From positions 1,536,001 through 1,600,000 of the forward strand of contig CAWGMQ010000010.1 of NCBI GenBank assembly GCA_963823665.1: DNA of 64,000 nt. The letters are read 5' to 3'. Shown here piece by piece: positions 61,325-64,000 of this stretch. The position numbers were made by a program, and so were the translations under genes. The notes under the pieces were generated by a model. The model saw nothing but the letters and a program-made list of their open reading frames with translations, was not told the DNA's origin and did not search any database. Position 1 is the stretch's first letter, and each line of letters begins with the position of its first letter. The DNA comes from an uncultured Planctomycetota bacterium (GTDB taxonomy: Bacteria > Planctomycetota > Planctomycetia > Isosphaerales > Isosphaeraceae).

Positions 61325-61960
61325 TCATGAGTCCAGGAAACCGGGTATTCCCGCGAGGCTGTCCTTGAGCCGTTTGAGCGCGCGGACGTAGCGGTTGCTT
61401 GCCGCGGTCTTGCCGATCGAGAGCACCTGCGCCGTCTCGTTGTTGTTCAGCTCCTCGAAGTGCCGTAGCGTGAGGATCTCTCGATCGATCGGTTCCATGG
61501 CATTGAGGGCCTCCTGCACCCTGAGCTGGAGCTCCGCTCGTTGTGCGGCACGCGTGGGCGAGGTCAGCCGGCCCAGAAGCATCGCGGCCAGTGAGACCGA
61601 GGTGGCCTGCGGCAGCGAGCCATGATAGAGCGAAACCTCGAGCCCCGCGTCCCGCGCCTTGCTGCCCAGGTGTTTCCGGTGAAGCGTGACGAGCCTTTGG
61701 CCCGTGATGAAGCGCAGCCAGAGAAAAACCGGCATCGACGGGCTGGCGACGTACTCGCGCGCCCGCCGGGCAACGTCGATGCAAGCCTCCTGCAACACGT
61801 CCGAGGCGTCGAGCCTTCCCTGGAGCCGGCGATCGAGCCGGAGCTTCACCATCCGCTTGAGCCGTTCGCGATGCGAGGTGAACATCTCGAGGAGCGCAGA
61901 TTCGTCCCCCCGCTCGATACGCTGACGCAGCTCGATCGACACGCTGGAATCCGCTGCCAT
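61325..61960 (-). CDS. ECF sigma factor of the kinase-associated planctomycete type
   Basis: RLDRRLQGRLDASDVLQE, TSPT, LRHFEEL and RYVRALKRL; directly upstream of the kinase. Confidence 0.92.
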   Translation of the reverse strand: MAADSSVSIELRQRIERGDESALLEMFTSHRERLKRMVKLRLDRRLQGRLDASDVLQEACIDVARRAREYVASPSMPVFLWLRFITGQRLVTLHRKHLGSKARDAGLEVSLYHGSLPQATSVSLAAMLLGRLTSPTRAAQRAELQLRVQEALNAMEPIDREILTLRHFEELNNNETAQVLSIGKTAASNRYVRALKRLKDSLAGIPGFLDS

Positions 61961-62051
61961 GATGAGACCCCCCTACAAGGTAACCGCGCGGCAGGGGGAA
62001 TCGTCCACAGAATTCCCGAGTTGGAGGGAGAAGACAGCCAGAGCATACAGA

Positions 62052-64000
62052 CTATGAAGCCTCGTCACGATGCAGCTTCAACTGATCCCCCTCTCTCGTT
62101 GCACCCGGCTCAAACGTTCGCTCGCCCTGCTCGATGTAAGCACCAGGATCATCCGCCTCGTAGCGGCTGCGGAATTGGAGCGCGATTCCCGGCGGCACAC
62201 CGGTGAATCGAAAACCCCCCTGTTCGTCGGTTTGCGCACTCGCAACCGGCTTGAAATCGGATCCCTTCACATAGATCTCGATAACACGGCCGGCCACCGC
62301 CTGACCTTTATCGTCCACGAGTGTTCCCGCATACGTCGCCGTCGCAGCCAGCGTCACGTCAACGACCGAATCGCCCTGAACCTTCGCCGCATAGCCGCTG
62401 AGCTCATGTTCGCGATCGACAAACAACAACGTCGCGGCCTCGGCGTCGAACATCACCTCAAACGATCCGTCCGGATGCGTCACCGGCTCAAACGCGGCAG
62501 GGCGCCCCACGGGTGACTCCGATTGCCACGCGCGAGCCAGAACACCCGGCGAGACCGCAAACGCCTTGCCGTCTCGCAGCAAACGCCCGGTGATCCGTCG
62601 CTTGCCGATCCAGCCGCGGTGGAACTCGACCTCGACAGGCGCATCCGACGTCACTTTGACAGTCTTCTCTTCCTCCCAGTTCTCCGCGACCATCCGCAGC
62701 CCATGCTCGCCCTTCCCCAAGCCCGCGCGTGCGACGCCATGGGAATCGGTCGACAGCCAGGTGCCGACGCCGCCGTAACCCGAGCGCTCTTTGCCTTTGC
62801 TATCGGTCCACTTCACCTCGCGCCGAGTTTTGAGGTCGATCCACACATTCGCCATCGGCTCGCGCCGCGGGCCGCGCGTCACTCGCACCACGAGCGGCGT
62901 CGCCGGATACACGCGGATCGAAACGTCCGCGGGCTTGTTCGAGTCGTTGCCGATGATCTTGCCCTTCCACGCATCACTTGCCCATTTGAGGTCCTCGATG
63001 CCCAGGACATAGCCATGCTCCGAGGGCACGCGCAAAAGGAACGTACCGTCCCTACCCGCGCGGGCATAGGGAATGTCTCCCCGGTTGGTTGGGCCGAAAC
63101 CAAAGCCCGAGACCAGAATTCCAAGGGCACTCGCGCCTTCCGGCATGATCAGTCGACCGCGCACTGTGTGCTCGCGCCGCACATGAAGCGTGGTTCTACC
63201 AGCCTTGATCTCTTTGAAGTCGGCCTCATCGACCTTCCACTCCGAACCGATCGGCCGAGCATCAATAACTTGAAGCTTTTCGCGCGCGCCCACGGCACGG
63301 TCGCTGTCCCCGTGGCATCGGTGCGTACTCGCGTAGTCTCAAACGATGCAGCGCTGATCCAATCCGAATCGTCCGTTCGCACGCTGAGCTCGAGCTCGAT
63401 ATTACCGACGGAATTCCCGCGCTCGTCGACCACACGAATTTGATGCGGAGCGGGCGCCAGGAGCGATAACTCAGTCGCGCCCTCCGGCGCTCGCTCGTCG
63501 AGATTTTGTTTGCCGAAAACGCCCAGCGTGGGATGCCAGGCGACCACTTCGTTGATTCGCTCCTTCGCCGGAACCCGGAGCCGCGCTTTGCCGTCCGGTC
63601 CCGTGATACCCTCAACCTGGAAATCCGTGCCCTTGGCCGCAACGCGGGCCCCCGCCGCCGGATGCCCTTGCGACAAAACCGTGACCTCATGATTCAAGGC
63701 CGGCAGCAGCGTGAGCTCCAGGGGAGCCGCGAGTGTAATCCGCGTCTCGACTGCCCGCACCTTGACCACCGTCTGATAACGACCGTCGGGGGACATCACA
63801 TGCAGCCGGCAGCCGTTCCCGAAGACAGCCTCCAGCGCAAACCGGCCGGATTCGTCCGCGCGGCGGTCGTCGACGGTTCCTCTGACCCCGTGGTGGATCG
63901 CAGAATCGCGCCGGCCACGGGCGACCCATCCCTCAATCGCACAACGCCGCTGGCCCTCAGCATCCCGTCCGATGTGCCGGCAGCCGCTTTGCCTTGCGGC
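62052..64000 (-). CDS. Carboxypeptidase-regulatory-like repeat protein, partial (frameshifts near 63270 and 63800)
   Basis: GTLVDDKGQAVAG, QTDEQGGFRFTGVP and TGPDGKARL motifs. Confidence 0.7.

Overview
High-GC window from a planctomycete. Gene content resembles Isosphaeraceae: extended ECF sigma factors, an ECF/Ser-Thr kinase pair, LExRxLL exported proteins and a PVC-type propeller/HEAT protein; this taxonomy is an inference. Positions 1-29.7 kb look like core genome: a Gly-rich/TPR protein, fmt-def, a GldAFG-like ABC/DUF4340 operon behind an ECF/anti-sigma pair, an S41 protease, efp and an M20 peptidase. Positions 29.7-40.8 kb are a plastic region. It holds an orphan protein with REP-like palindromes translated in frame, and a repeatedly duplicated and decaying lipoprotein alpha/beta-hydrolase + antitoxin + MazF cassette whose third copy is followed by an HTH-VapC pair. 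It also holds a GNAT gene split by a 148-bp MITE and several REP families. Positions 40.8-64 kb hold secreted and surface proteins, ECFs and a WD40/TPR kinase. About a dozen otherwise intact genes carry single frameshifts, most likely sequencing or assembly indels. No rRNA, tRNA, CRISPR, transposase, integrase or reverse transcriptase was recognised. All family calls come from motif recognition by eye, not database searches.
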